From Candidatus Sulfobium sp. (GTDB lineage: Bacteria > Nitrospirota > Thermodesulfovibrionia > Thermodesulfovibrionales > UBA6898): a DNA stretch of 64,000 nt. Made by a program: the position numbers and the translations under genes. Every line of letters starts with the position of its first letter. Positions within the stretch are counted from its first letter, which is position 1. The notes under the pieces were generated by a model that was given only the letters and a program-made list of their open reading frames with translations, was not told where the DNA came from and searched no databases. This document shows, one piece after another, positions 1 to 10,528 of the stretch. Location of the stretch: contig JARRRI010000013.1 of assembly GCA_037380845.1 (NCBI GenBank), positions 10,315 to 74,314 of the forward strand. Reading direction: 5' to 3'.

Positions 1-52
1 GCTGACGTCAATATCGAAAGAATGATCGCTCGCCTGAAATCACAGCAGCACA

Positions 53-553
53 TCATTTGGGAGGCGAGGGGAAGAGCGCATAAGGCGGCTGTGGCTCCCT
101 GTCCGGGGGAACATAAGACGGCGCCGGCCCGCCGCCGGGTCCGAGATACCTAATAAAGTGATACAGAGCCCGCAGATCATACTCGCTCATTATATTCACA
201 TCGAACCACGGCATAGGAGGTTTTGCCCTCAAAGTCCTGGCCATTGCAACCCATTGCTTCTCGGTAAGTGTTCCCATAAGAAGCCGCAGATTGGCAGGGT
301 ATGTCGTCCCCCACGGTCCACGCCAACCGAATGAGCTGCCAGTAAGCCACAATTTTTCTGGCACCTTCCCTTCTGAAAGTAAATAGTCCGGAGTGTGGCA
401 GTCATTGCAGCCCGCAATCTGGCTTATATAGCGGCCATGCGGTATCAATTTGTTTCTGGCTGCCTCTGCTGCATGACCTTGTCCGTTCAAACCAATGACG
501 AAACAAAATATGCAAGACAAGCACACCGCAATTATTCGTAAGTTCTCGCGCAT
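53..553 (-). CDS. Exported monoheme cytochrome c
   Basis: CxxCH motif (CNDCH), N-terminal signal peptide, GPWGTTYPANL motif; start moved to ATG 553 after GGGAGG. Confidence 0.85.
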   Translation of the reverse strand: MRENLRIIAVCLSCIFCFVIGLNGQGHAAEAARNKLIPHGRYISQIAGCNDCHTPDYLLSEGKVPEKLWLTGSSFGWRGPWGTTYPANLRLLMGTLTEKQWVAMARTLRAKPPMPWFDVNIMSEYDLRALYHFIRYLGPGGGPAPSYVPPDREPQPPYALFPSPPK

Positions 554-1000
554 AAGATCCTCATCCTCCCGGCATATTCCTTGGGAAATCTGCCTATAAA
601 AGAAGTGTATCACCAAATGCACATTCCAGGAAGAAACTGACGGGAGCGACTGAGGCTGAACAGTGTAGCTTAATGAAGTACCCCTTTAATCAGTGTCGCG
701 GGGGAGATTTCCCGAAGTTTGACTGGATGCCGCTAATCTGGTAAGAGTTAATTATGAAGGGGGATCTGCCGCATTCGTCTTATGTAATTTTCATTATCTC
801 CAACGCTATCCTGTCTTCTCTATTTGTGACTTTCTGGGCTTTCCATCAGAAATACCCCGCAGAAAGGGCTGCCTTAGTTTTCGTCAAAGATAATAGATGC
901 CCGGATATATCAAGGAGATATGCTATGACAGGTATATATTCCGGAGTTCTGGTGGCTTAATGCGACTGTCCCGGTAACTGCGCGCTGCCGTTCTTTTATT

Positions 1001-2404
1001 GTGCCGGCTGCAGACGCAGAAGAATCTGAACACTGCAAACAGTGCGGGATGGACAGGGCTGTATATGCCAGGAGCCGAATGCTAATGGAGTATGATTGTG
1101 AATCCTCTGCCGGTGTGTGCAGTTTACACTGTGAGGCTGCGGAGATGAAACAAAACGAGGACAAACAGGTAAAGTCAATTATGGTCGCTGACTACGAAAC
1201 CGAACAATTGATAGAAGCAAAGATCTCGACCGGCGCAGTCGGAGGAGATAAGCCGGGGGTAATGACCTCCGCGTCAAAATGGGCCTTTTCGAAAAGAGAG
1301 GCCGTGGGAAGGTTCATAGGGGAGCACGGCGGAAAGCTGGTTTCTTTCGAGGAGCCGCCGAATGCTGCCGAAAGGAAACAGGAGAGCAGCGAGGATATGA
1401 AGGGGATGGATCATATGCATATGGACCATATGGTGCATATGCGAGCCCAGATGCTGTATAATCCAGCCTTCAGCGACCACATATATCATACGCACCCGGC
1501 CGGGATGTGGATGTTCAACTATGACTTCATGCATATGGACATGAGGGGACTGCGATCCGGCACTAAGAACATCTCTACGGATAGTGTCGGCTACAACAGG
1601 GGCTTGCCTTACAACTACATGATGATCCCTACAAACATGACCATGGACATGCATATGGTCATGGCTATGTATGGAATCACCGACCGGTTTACGGTGATGG
1701 CGATGGCGAAGTATCGGACCATCAGGATGAAGATGCTGATGGACATGGGACCCGGCAAGATGATCAAACAGGCAGCTCCTATGACCATAAGCGGTTTTGG
1801 AGATACCGAACTGAGGGGGATGTACAAGATCAACAATTCGCTCGTAGGCAGTATCGGAGTGAGTCTGCCTGCCGGCAGCATCGACCAGGAGTTCGGCACC
1901 ATGGGAAGGACCTATCGCGCACCCTACGATATGCAGCTCGGTTCCGGCACTTATGACCTCAAGCCCGCGCTTACCTATGATGATTTCAGCGGAGACGAAA
2001 AATGGAACTGGGGAGCGCAGGCCCAGTATACCTGGCATACTGCAAAGAACGACAACGACTGGCGTTTTGGCGATAACTTCAAGCTGACCGGCTGGCTGCA
2101 ACGGGCCTTCGGACCCGCCACCTCCTGGCTTCGGCTGGCATACAACGCCACGGGACGCATCAAGGGCAGTGATCCCCAGATCCAGATACTGCTCAACCCC
2201 GACGTCAATATAGGAGCACCTGTGCCTGACGCAGATCCGAACAATTATGGAGGGCAGCGGCTCGACGGCCTTATCGGTGTAAGCTACCAAAAGGGTACTT
2301 TCAGTTTTGGAGTTGAAGGAGGAATACCCCTTTACCAGGATCTCAACGGTTTGCAGATGAAAATTTCGTGGTTACTGAACGCCGGTTTTCAGGTCATGTT
2401 TTGA
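1001..2404 (+). CDS. NosL-like N-terminal domain fused to a Met/His-rich outer-membrane beta-barrel transporter-family protein; 5' end possibly degenerate
   Basis: CKQCGM, CSLHC, VADY, GVMT..KWAF NosL-like motifs; then HTHPAGMWM, MQLGSGTYD, LYQDLNGLQM and a C-terminal Phe typical of outer-membrane proteins. Confidence 0.65.
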   Translation: MPAADAEESEHCKQCGMDRAVYARSRMLMEYDCESSAGVCSLHCEAAEMKQNEDKQVKSIMVADYETEQLIEAKISTGAVGGDKPGVMTSASKWAFSKREAVGRFIGEHGGKLVSFEEPPNAAERKQESSEDMKGMDHMHMDHMVHMRAQMLYNPAFSDHIYHTHPAGMWMFNYDFMHMDMRGLRSGTKNISTDSVGYNRGLPYNYMMIPTNMTMDMHMVMAMYGITDRFTVMAMAKYRTIRMKMLMDMGPGKMIKQAAPMTISGFGDTELRGMYKINNSLVGSIGVSLPAGSIDQEFGTMGRTYRAPYDMQLGSGTYDLKPALTYDDFSGDEKWNWGAQAQYTWHTAKNDNDWRFGDNFKLTGWLQRAFGPATSWLRLAYNATGRIKGSDPQIQILLNPDVNIGAPVPDADPNNYGGQRLDGLIGVSYQKGTFSFGVEGGIPLYQDLNGLQMKISWLLNAGFQVMF

Positions 2405-2890
2405 GTTGAAATGATGGTGGAGGCGAAGGAGCTATTGAAAGAGAGAGTGGTTTGATATGAGACATGCATTTTGGGGCGGCACAGACCTCTCTCCCGCATC
2501 CTCCGGAACCGCATTTGACTGTCTATTTCCATGAGCATCCCTCGCTTATCGCAGACAGGGAACAATATCAAGTACAGGAAGAACTGTTGCATCCGGCCGT
2601 AAATAGAGCTCTCTGCGGCTTTCGCCCCAGACTATTCAACCCCATTTCGCCACTGTTGTTGCCTTTCTTCTTACCGACTTATCCTGTGGAACACATTGGG
2701 CACAGGTCCCGGATCGTCATTGATGTTCGTTAGCGTTCCGTTCCCGCGTGTCGTTGAGTCTGACGTCACATGACCTGTCGCCGGTGCACGTGATCGAAAG
2801 GAACTGTGTGCTACCGCCACCGCTGTCGATCGCTTGCCGAAGACCGACAAAGGGCTGCCGACCAACTGCATGGCGTTCCTGGGCCATCGG

Positions 2891-3547
2891 TCAGCTTGAG
2901 AGCAATTTTGCAGCACCCTGCAGTATCTTTCTCATAGGTTTGCCCACCGTAACCCAAAGGAATATCTCGTTCCCGATATCTCGATAATCCGCGGACTCAA
3001 TATTGAAACCAATTTTTTCAAGATTAGCGTATAGCTTATCAGGGCTCTTGTGGCTGTAATATAGCTTTTGACCCATAAATTCCTTATAGCCATCAAATTC
3101 AATGCTACCAGTGTATTCTTTCGTTGCATAGGTAAACAACGCTTTGCCTTTTGGGCGAAGCCACTTATAGAATTTGTCAAACAAAGCCTCATGATCATTG
3201 CATGAGACATGAAATAAACTGTAAATTGCTGTGATTGCGTCAAATTGGCTTGGTTCAAATTCAACCTCACGCATGTCAGCGTGAATAGTTCTCATTTCTG
3301 GGACATATTTAGACGCCAATTCAAGCATTCTTTCAGAGAAATCTACACCTGTAACTGTCCAACCACACTCAATAAAAAATCGTGCAAACGGCTCACCTGC
3401 GCCACAGCCCAAATCAAGCAGCCTCCCTTTCTTTACCCCCAATCGCGCATAAAAAGAATTAAAGACTTCCATCATATCAAAAAGTCCCCGATTCTCTTCA
3501 TAGGTTTCAGCAAACTGATCGTAGATTTGTCGAAGTGTGATACCCAC
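2891..3547 (-). CDS. Class I SAM-dependent methyltransferase
   Basis: LDLGCGAG motif I, GVDFSERML, ADM motifs. Confidence 0.9.
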   Translation of the reverse strand: MGITLRQIYDQFAETYEENRGLFDMMEVFNSFYARLGVKKGRLLDLGCGAGEPFARFFIECGWTVTGVDFSERMLELASKYVPEMRTIHADMREVEFEPSQFDAITAIYSLFHVSCNDHEALFDKFYKWLRPKGKALFTYATKEYTGSIEFDGYKEFMGQKLYYSHKSPDKLYANLEKIGFNIESADYRDIGNEIFLWVTVGKPMRKILQGAAKLLSS

Positions 3548-3779
3548 AGCATTACCTTTCAGGTGCCGACAATGTGTACAGATTCCTATTCTTCATTCCC
3601 ATGATCACATATTAGCACAGTCGTGGTATCATGAGAAGGTAAAACTGGCGTGGGAAATATGCAAACATTTCTGAATTCTCGTCAATAATGAAGGGGAGGA
3701 ATATTTGGCAGCGTAATTGTCGTTGATGAAAGCCCTCAAATTAAAGCCTCTATGCCCGGACTGAGTAAAAAAAGTAGTC

Positions 3780-4043
3780 ATGAGTGAAAGGAAGGAGAGG
3801 ATCAAGATGGACAATACCTTCGATAGTACATACGTTATCAGGAAAGAAAAGTATGAAGAGTTTATTGCCGATGCCGAGAAGCTATCGATAGCATCCTATA
3901 CAATTCCAGTCGCTGTTGCACCTGATTTGTACAAACAAATCGATATGAATAAAGACATTGCAATAAAAATCGTCTGGAAGCCTGAAACAACGGTTGCCCA
4001 GATAAAGGAGTTTGATAAGACATGGTTTCTTCTAAAATATTAA
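3780..4043 (+). CDS. Hypothetical protein
   Basis: 87-aa ORF in an AT-richer region, AAGGAG near the second Met; no family recognised. Confidence 0.45.
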   Translation: MSERKERIKMDNTFDSTYVIRKEKYEEFIADAEKLSIASYTIPVAVAPDLYKQIDMNKDIAIKIVWKPETTVAQIKEFDKTWFLLKY

Positions 4044-4256
4044 GACCTGGCGAAGGGGCTTGATATGAGTGATTCGACGAATAGTGGGAGAAAAATAAAG
4101 ACGAGGAAAGTTAAGGTCAAGAGAAACCTGTTCTGCCGGAAGGGCTATATGGCGACAAATGCTCATGAGTCAGATTTTCATTTGTGTTCCCCTTGTTTGC
4201 AATAATAAAGCGGACGAATTATACGGAAGCGGTATTCTTTTAGGAATTATCGGGAA

Positions 4257-5054
4257 ATGCCGAGTACGGTAGTCAACGGCGTTGATCTCTACTACGAATG
4301 TCATGGAAAAGGCAAACCACTGATGCTGATCGCTGGCCTAGCCAGTGACTCCCAGAGCTGGCAGCCGATGGTGAAATCCCTATCTCAGCATCACCTTGTT
4401 ATACTTCCTGATAACAGAGGTGTAGGTAGAACAAAGCCTCAAGATATTGAGACAAGCATTCAGCACATTGCTGACGATTGCATTGCGCTTGTCGGATATT
4501 TGGGGTTGTCATGCGTCACCTTGCTTGGGCATTCTATGGGAGGCTTTGTAGCGCTGGATTGTGCCATCCGTTATCCTGAATATGTTTCCAAAATGATTTT
4601 AGCAGGAACGTCGGCCTTCAATTCTGAAAGGAATAATGCTCTTTTTCATGATTGGGTTTCTTATTTGAGTTCGGGAATGGACTTAGAGCTTTGGTTTAGA
4701 AATGTATTTTACTGGATATTTTCTCGACACCTTTTTGAGAACAATAGAACACTGAATGATACAATGCAATTCGCAATAGAGTATCCCTATCCTCAGAGCG
4801 TCATCGCGTTCGAAAAACAAGTCAAAGCTATCGAGCAATTTAATTGCCAGAAAAGTTTGCCAAGCATTAAACCAAAGACTTTGATAGTTTGCGGGAAAGA
4901 GGATTTGCTATTTCCTCCCGAAGAAAGCATTAAGGTGTTGCAGGCGATCCCGAGAACAAGTATTTCTCTTATCGAGGATGCGGCACATTCTATGCATGTG
5001 GAAAGTCCCAAGGCATTCACGGATTGTGTCTTGCATTTCCTGAGCAACTGCTAA
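4257..5054 (+). CDS. Alpha/beta fold hydrolase
   Basis: DNRGVG, GHSMGG nucleophile elbow, catalytic Asp (GKEDLL) and His (AAHS). Confidence 0.92.
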   Translation: MPSTVVNGVDLYYECHGKGKPLMLIAGLASDSQSWQPMVKSLSQHHLVILPDNRGVGRTKPQDIETSIQHIADDCIALVGYLGLSCVTLLGHSMGGFVALDCAIRYPEYVSKMILAGTSAFNSERNNALFHDWVSYLSSGMDLELWFRNVFYWIFSRHLFENNRTLNDTMQFAIEYPYPQSVIAFEKQVKAIEQFNCQKSLPSIKPKTLIVCGKEDLLFPPEESIKVLQAIPRTSISLIEDAAHSMHVESPKAFTDCVLHFLSNC

Positions 5055-5151
5055 CCGATCGCTGCAGCCGATGAAGTGATCTGCGCGGCTGCGTAGACAA
5101 CTCACGTTTGCTAAGGAGAAAATAACAAGAATTTATCTGACTGCGCCTGTG

Positions 5152-5598
5152 CTAATCTGGAATCTCGGCCTCGACGAGCTTCGCGAGAAGCGCGAGCGAC
5201 TCCTGCCAGCCCAAATAGCACGCCTCGGCTGGGATGATGGCGGGTACCCCTTCTTGGACGATGCTCAACTCCGTGCCCACGGATACCTTCTTCAACGTAA
5301 TCGTCGTCTCCATTTCTCCGGGCAAGTTTGGGTCGTCGAACTTGTCTGTGTGGAGGATGCGTTCGTGTGGCGTTAGTTCAAGGTACTTTCCGCCGAACGA
5401 GTGGCTCTTGCCCGTAGTGAAATTCGTGAACGACATCTTGTAGGTGCCGCCGACTTTGGCGTCCATGTGGTGAACCTTGCCGGTAAATCCGTTCGGGGGA
5501 AGCCATTTCGCCATAGCCTCTGCATCGAGGAATGCTCGATATACTCTTCCAGGTGCGGCCCGGAGCACGCGGTGAAGGCGGATGGTATTTGTTGACAT
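5152..5598 (-). CDS. SRPBCC (Aha1-like) family protein
   Basis: LHRVLRA..RVYRAFLD..AKWLPP and CYLGWQESL motifs; AAGGAG RBS. Confidence 0.9.
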   Translation of the reverse strand: MSTNTIRLHRVLRAAPGRVYRAFLDAEAMAKWLPPNGFTGKVHHMDAKVGGTYKMSFTNFTTGKSHSFGGKYLELTPHERILHTDKFDDPNLPGEMETTITLKKVSVGTELSIVQEGVPAIIPAEACYLGWQESLALLAKLVEAEIPD

Positions 5599-5875
5599 AG
5601 CTTATTCTCCTTTGACGGGTTGTGTTCGAGACGTAGTGCCAATTACCGGATCAATTATTTACAATTATATCAGGTTACAGCGGTCTTGGCTTCAGGAAGG
5701 ACATCGCGGTATAGGCGACAGAAAAACAAATCACTTCGAGGGCAAGCAAAACTCCATGCCGGACATATAGTTGCCATCGCCTTCCCTTAGCCCAGCGTAC
5801 TCGGCAGGTACTACGAAGGATGGGAGCATACTGCTGTCGACTGTAATCTCCGGCGGGATAAATGGGGACAGCGCC

Positions 5876-6033
5876 GAATGGCGCTAATTTAAGGAATTTT
5901 TCATTAAGAACAAAGAACTTTCTGCCTTGTCATTCCCGCAGTTTTTAGGCGGGAATCCAGCAGGAGACAAGGCGCCTTGGATGCCCGAATGAAGTCCTCG
6001 GGCATGACGAAGATGCTTAAATTAGTGCCATTC
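5876..6033. mobile_element. Non-autonomous MITE with IS4-like ends
   Basis: 18-bp terminal inverted repeats GAATGGCGCTAATTTAAG (5876-5893) and CTTAAATTAGTGCCATTC (6016-6033), 1 mismatch; flanked by an 11-bp direct repeat GGGACAGCGCC (5865-5875, 6034-6044). Confidence 0.8.
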
Positions 6034-6212
6034 GGGACAGCGCCTATTAATTCCTAAAAGAAATCCTGACCAGTATAAATCTTCATGAATTGCGCATTAT
6101 CAGTCAAACTCTGCTCCTTTTCCAACTTCCGGCTTTATCATAATTTTTCCGTTGCTATAATTGAGATAGGATAATTCATGCTGATTTTTCAGAAAGAACA
6201 CTCTCCGGAGGT

Positions 6213-6977
6213 GTGGGCTTGAAGGTTGTTGCGGTGACTGGAGGAGGACAGGGAATCGGGAGGGCGGTGGCATATCACTTTGCGAAGGCCGGTTATGCGG
6301 TGTCTATTGCGGACATCGATGAGGAAGCCGGCAAGGAAGCTCTCAGGAAGGTTGAAGAACTGAGAGCCAGAGGTATTTTCGTCCGGACGGACGTGTCTCA
6401 GCCTGAAGATGTCAGGAAATGGATGGAACGCACCTCGCGCGAACTTGGCTGTCCCGATACGCTTGTCAACAACGCCGGTATCTCTCGCAGCGTGCCCTTT
6501 CTTGAGCTTTCCTCCGAAGATTTCGACCGTGTCATCGGTGTGAACCTCCGCGGTACATTCCTCTGCTCGCAGGAGGCCGCACGCCTGATGGCCGGGTGCG
6601 GAAGCGGCGGGGTTATCATAAACATCGCTTCCACCCGGGCCTTCATGTCCGAGCCGGGAACTGAAGCTTATACCGCCTCCAAGGGCGGCATAGTCTCCCT
6701 CACTCACGGCATGGCCGTCAGCCTCGGGCCTCTTGGCATCCGTGTAAACTGCATCAGCCCGGGCTGGATTGAAACAGGGGACTGGCAGTATTCGGCCAGG
6801 GCAAAGAAACCGGTGCATTCGGAGAGGGACCGCCTTCAGCATCCTGTCGGCCGGGTCGGCAGACCTGCCGACATCGCCGAGGCATGCCTGTTTCTGAGTG
6901 AATCCGCAGGATTCATGACCGGCCAGAACGTGATTATCGACGGCGGCATGACAATAAAAATGATCTATGAAGAGTAG
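6213..6977 (+). CDS. SDR family oxidoreductase
   Basis: TGGGQGIG, NNAG, YxxSK motifs. Confidence 0.95.
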   Translation: MGLKVVAVTGGGQGIGRAVAYHFAKAGYAVSIADIDEEAGKEALRKVEELRARGIFVRTDVSQPEDVRKWMERTSRELGCPDTLVNNAGISRSVPFLELSSEDFDRVIGVNLRGTFLCSQEAARLMAGCGSGGVIINIASTRAFMSEPGTEAYTASKGGIVSLTHGMAVSLGPLGIRVNCISPGWIETGDWQYSARAKKPVHSERDRLQHPVGRVGRPADIAEACLFLSESAGFMTGQNVIIDGGMTIKMIYEE

Positions 6978-7181
6978 GAAAAGATAAGCGTCCGCTACTC
7001 CACTCCATTCATAAATTTCCCGGCACGGCTGAAGGGTGTAGCGTTTGAGCGGCTCTTACTTGCCCGATAGTCAGACAGTGTGTATCCTGAAGTAAGGAGG
7101 GCAAGTTCCCCGGAGCAAAGCGAGAATGAGCGAAAATACTATGTCCTTTCGTTTCCTCGACATTTTCATGAATAATCAGGG

Positions 7182-8459
7182 CTACTCCGGTGTTTCGAGG
7201 TAGAGGTCGCCCGAGTCGTAGTCGTACGCAAAGAGTTCGGCGTATCTTCCCCAGTCTATCGCAATTTCGAGCTGGTTCCATGCCTCGTCGGAGGTGAAAT
7301 GGTTTTCGAGGATCTCTATGAAAAAGTCTTCGGTGATCCTGTGCTTTGACGATGAACTTAGTACCTGCATTATCTGTTTTATAAGCTGAATGTTTTTCAG
7401 CGCAGTGTCCCTGAAGATCTCCTTCTTCTCCACAGCATCGGCCTCTGAAAAGACCCTTCCCTTTTCCGTTATGAAGAAATCGCCCTCCTTTATCGTGCCG
7501 AGGCCGAGGAATACCGCCGCCTCTATCAGGGGGAAGATATCGTCGACCTCCATGCTCAGTTCAGATGCAAGCAGGGGGATATCGGCCGTTCCTCCCCTGT
7601 CATTGACGAGTTCCAGCAGTCCCGCCACGGCGCCGACCTTTGTATGCGGCAGGAACTGGTACCTTTCCTGTTTGAGGAGGAAGGGCATCTCTTCCGGCGG
7701 CCTGGTGAGTATGGTATAGACCCTGTCCACGATGTACTTGAACTCCTTCGAATTCTTGTCCCTGGCTTTATTGCGTTCGATTTTCAGGTCGGCCTTGATC
7801 CGCGCAGGATTATGGCTCAGGATGATCGCCCGGTCGGACATGAAAACGGCCTCTTCTATATTGTGCGTCACGAGTATGATCGACTTTATGGGCATCTTTT
7901 TCTCCATCCAGAGGTCCACAAGGTCGCTCCTCAGGTGGTCGGCGGTCAGCACGTCGAGCGCAGAGAGCGGCTCGTCCATGAAGAGCACCTCCGGCTCCAC
8001 GGCCAGCGCCCTGGCTATCCCGACCCTCTGCCTCATGCCGCCGGAAAGCTCCCTGGGATAGGCATACTCAAAGCCGTCCAGCCCGACGATGTCGAGCATC
8101 CGGAGCGATTTTTCGCGTACTGCTTCAGCCCCCAGCCCCGTCGGCTTGAGACCCAGCTCGGCGTTTTCCAGGACCGTAAGCCAGGGGAAAAGGGCGAAGC
8201 TCTGAAATACCATGGCGATCTTCGGATTCGCCGCGCCGAAGGGGGTGCCGTGGTAGTAGATCTCTCCCTCCGAAGGCTCGGCCAGGCCGGCCAGTATCCT
8301 CAGAAGTGTAGATTTCCCCGCACCGGACGCACCCAGTATCGAGACGAATTCCCCTTCGCGGACCTCCATGCTGATGTCTTCAAGCACGGAGATCTCCTTG
8401 CCCCCTGCCATGGGATAGGATTTTGTGATGCCTTTTGTCTGTAAAATGGGACTGGACAT
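7182..8459 (-). CDS. Nitrate/sulfonate/bicarbonate-type ABC transporter ATP-binding protein with C-terminal AAA-associated domain
   Basis: Walker A GASGAGKS, LSGGMRQR, Walker B LFMDE, C-terminal IDWGRYAELF. Confidence 0.93.
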   Translation of the reverse strand: MSSPILQTKGITKSYPMAGGKEISVLEDISMEVREGEFVSILGASGAGKSTLLRILAGLAEPSEGEIYYHGTPFGAANPKIAMVFQSFALFPWLTVLENAELGLKPTGLGAEAVREKSLRMLDIVGLDGFEYAYPRELSGGMRQRVGIARALAVEPEVLFMDEPLSALDVLTADHLRSDLVDLWMEKKMPIKSIILVTHNIEEAVFMSDRAIILSHNPARIKADLKIERNKARDKNSKEFKYIVDRVYTILTRPPEEMPFLLKQERYQFLPHTKVGAVAGLLELVNDRGGTADIPLLASELSMEVDDIFPLIEAAVFLGLGTIKEGDFFITEKGRVFSEADAVEKKEIFRDTALKNIQLIKQIMQVLSSSSKHRITEDFFIEILENHFTSDEAWNQLEIAIDWGRYAELFAYDYDSGDLYLETPE

Positions 8460-8684
8460 TACCCCCTCTATTTTAACCCTGCAGCTTCATGCTCAAGCTG
8501 AAAAAGATAAGCGAATGTGCTGAAAAAGGTCCATAACCTGGGGCTCCGCACAATCTCCGGGCGTGGTGACCTGCGCCTTTCTGAAGGCCACTTAAGTTTG
8601 AAGCCGCGTTTACGTGAATCCGAATCAATGTGCGCCGAATTTATGGACTTTTTCAGCATGTTCGCTTTTCCTTCAGAAACACAG

Positions 8685-10400
8685 TTATTCAAGCCTGTAC
8701 TTCTCCTGCGCCAGGGCGAAGAGCCTCTTCCACAGGAGACGGTTTATGCTCACCACTATTATAGCCATGGTGACCGTACTCAGGAGCAAAAGACCGAAGT
8801 TGCCCGAGACCGTGGATTCGCTTATCAGGCTGCCCAGGCCGGCTGTCGTAATCGTCCGCCCCCCGAATGTAACATATTCGGAGATGATGCTTGCGTTCCA
8901 GGCGCCCCCCGTGGCGGTGATAAGGCCGGTGATCAGGTAGGGGAATATCCCCGGGATTATCAGGACCCTCCACTTCCGCAGTCCGCTGATGCCGTAAAGG
9001 GCCGCCACCTCTCTTAAATCCTGCGGAATTGCCGACGCCCCCGCAATGACATTAAAGAGGATGTACCACTGTGTCCCCAGGAGCATGAGAAATATCGACC
9101 CCACCGCCAGCCCCCCTCCTATCCTGATCAGGAAAAGAAGGATCACCGGGAAGACCGCGGTGGCGGGTACCGAGGCGACGACCTGAACGACCGGCTGAAG
9201 TATCTTCGAAGCGCGCGGGTTCAGCCCGATATAGACACCCAGGGGCACTGTCCATATCGAAGCCAGGAGGATCGCTGCCGTTGTCCTGAGGATCGAGTAA
9301 AAGGCCGAAACGGCGACCGTGCCGAAGTCGGCGGCCGTAAGGTGCGAAAAAAGTGCCGCCGCCTTTATCAGGGACCACCCGATCAGAAAGACGGCCAGGG
9401 AAAGGGTAAAGAGATAAAGCACCTTCCGCAGGACCACCGATATCTTCCGGCTGGGCACAGCCTCCATCCCGCCGGAAAGGATCTCGATTCTGTGCAGCGC
9501 TTTGGTGAACAATTTTTCGAACTCATGCACCAGGTCTGATTTCCTTATGAAGTCAAGGACCGCCGATTCCTTCTCTTCTTCGGCCTGGACAGTGTCGAAC
9601 TTGAACTTCTGCGACCAGGCGACAACCGGCCTCCAGACAATGACGTCCAGCACCACGATTATGAAAACCATCGTGCCTATCCCGTAAAGGAGATGTTTCA
9701 TGTCGCCCCTTATCGCCGCGGTCTGGATATAACTGCCGAGCCCGGGGAGCCTGAAGTCCCTGTCTTTGAGTACGAACATCTCGCAGGCCATCAGGAAGAA
9801 CCACCCGCCGGCCACCGACATCATGCTGTTCCATACCAGGCCTATGGCGCTGAAGGGCAGGTCCAGGTTCAGAAATTTGGTGAAGCGGCTGTGTTTGTAA
9901 ATCTTTGTGACCTCCGTCAGTTCTCTCGGAATGGTAGTGATGGAATTATAGTAGCTGAAGGCCATGTTCCAGACCTGCCCGGTAAAGATCAGGAGTATGG
10001 AAGCCAGTTCCAGCCCCAGCCTCCTGTGCGGGAAGATGGCGATCATCGCCAAGACCACCGTGGGAAGAAAGGACAGGACGGGAATCGACTGCAGGACATC
10101 GAGGAGTGGCATCATGATCTTTTCATGCAGCCGGCTCCTGCTGGCGGTATAGCCGTACCAGATCGAAAACAGAAAGGAGAGGACATAGGCACAGAATATC
10201 CTGGTAAGAGAGTCTGCCGAATAAAGGGGGATATTTGCCGGGTCGAGACTGATTTCGACAGCAGGCTGCAGCCTGTAATGCCAGCCCGAACCGACATAGA
10301 GCAGCAGTGAAAGGACGGCGACCACAAAAAGCAGAACGAGCAGGTCGACCAGCCTTAGCCTGGCTGATATGAAAGGGATGGAAACGGGTATCTTCAGCAT
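8685..10400 (-). CDS. ABC transporter permease (duplicated BPD_transp_1 domains)
   Basis: Multiple transmembrane segments, QSIPVLSFLP and GGAWNASIISE motifs; upstream of the ATPase. Confidence 0.92.
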   Translation of the reverse strand: MLKIPVSIPFISARLRLVDLLVLLFVVAVLSLLLYVGSGWHYRLQPAVEISLDPANIPLYSADSLTRIFCAYVLSFLFSIWYGYTASRSRLHEKIMMPLLDVLQSIPVLSFLPTVVLAMIAIFPHRRLGLELASILLIFTGQVWNMAFSYYNSITTIPRELTEVTKIYKHSRFTKFLNLDLPFSAIGLVWNSMMSVAGGWFFLMACEMFVLKDRDFRLPGLGSYIQTAAIRGDMKHLLYGIGTMVFIIVVLDVIVWRPVVAWSQKFKFDTVQAEEEKESAVLDFIRKSDLVHEFEKLFTKALHRIEILSGGMEAVPSRKISVVLRKVLYLFTLSLAVFLIGWSLIKAAALFSHLTAADFGTVAVSAFYSILRTTAAILLASIWTVPLGVYIGLNPRASKILQPVVQVVASVPATAVFPVILLFLIRIGGGLAVGSIFLMLLGTQWYILFNVIAGASAIPQDLREVAALYGISGLRKWRVLIIPGIFPYLITGLITATGGAWNASIISEYVTFGGRTITTAGLGSLISESTVSGNFGLLLLSTVTMAIIVVSINRLLWKRLFALAQEKYRLE

Positions 10401-10528
10401 AGATTAAGCAAGAATACTAATATTTTCAGTCTTTTCATTATATACTGAATAGGAAGAGCAGGTTAACCCTTGTTGCATATCGAAAGGGTGCACATGCCTT
10501 ACAGCATCGAAGAAGGGGGTGTTCCGCC

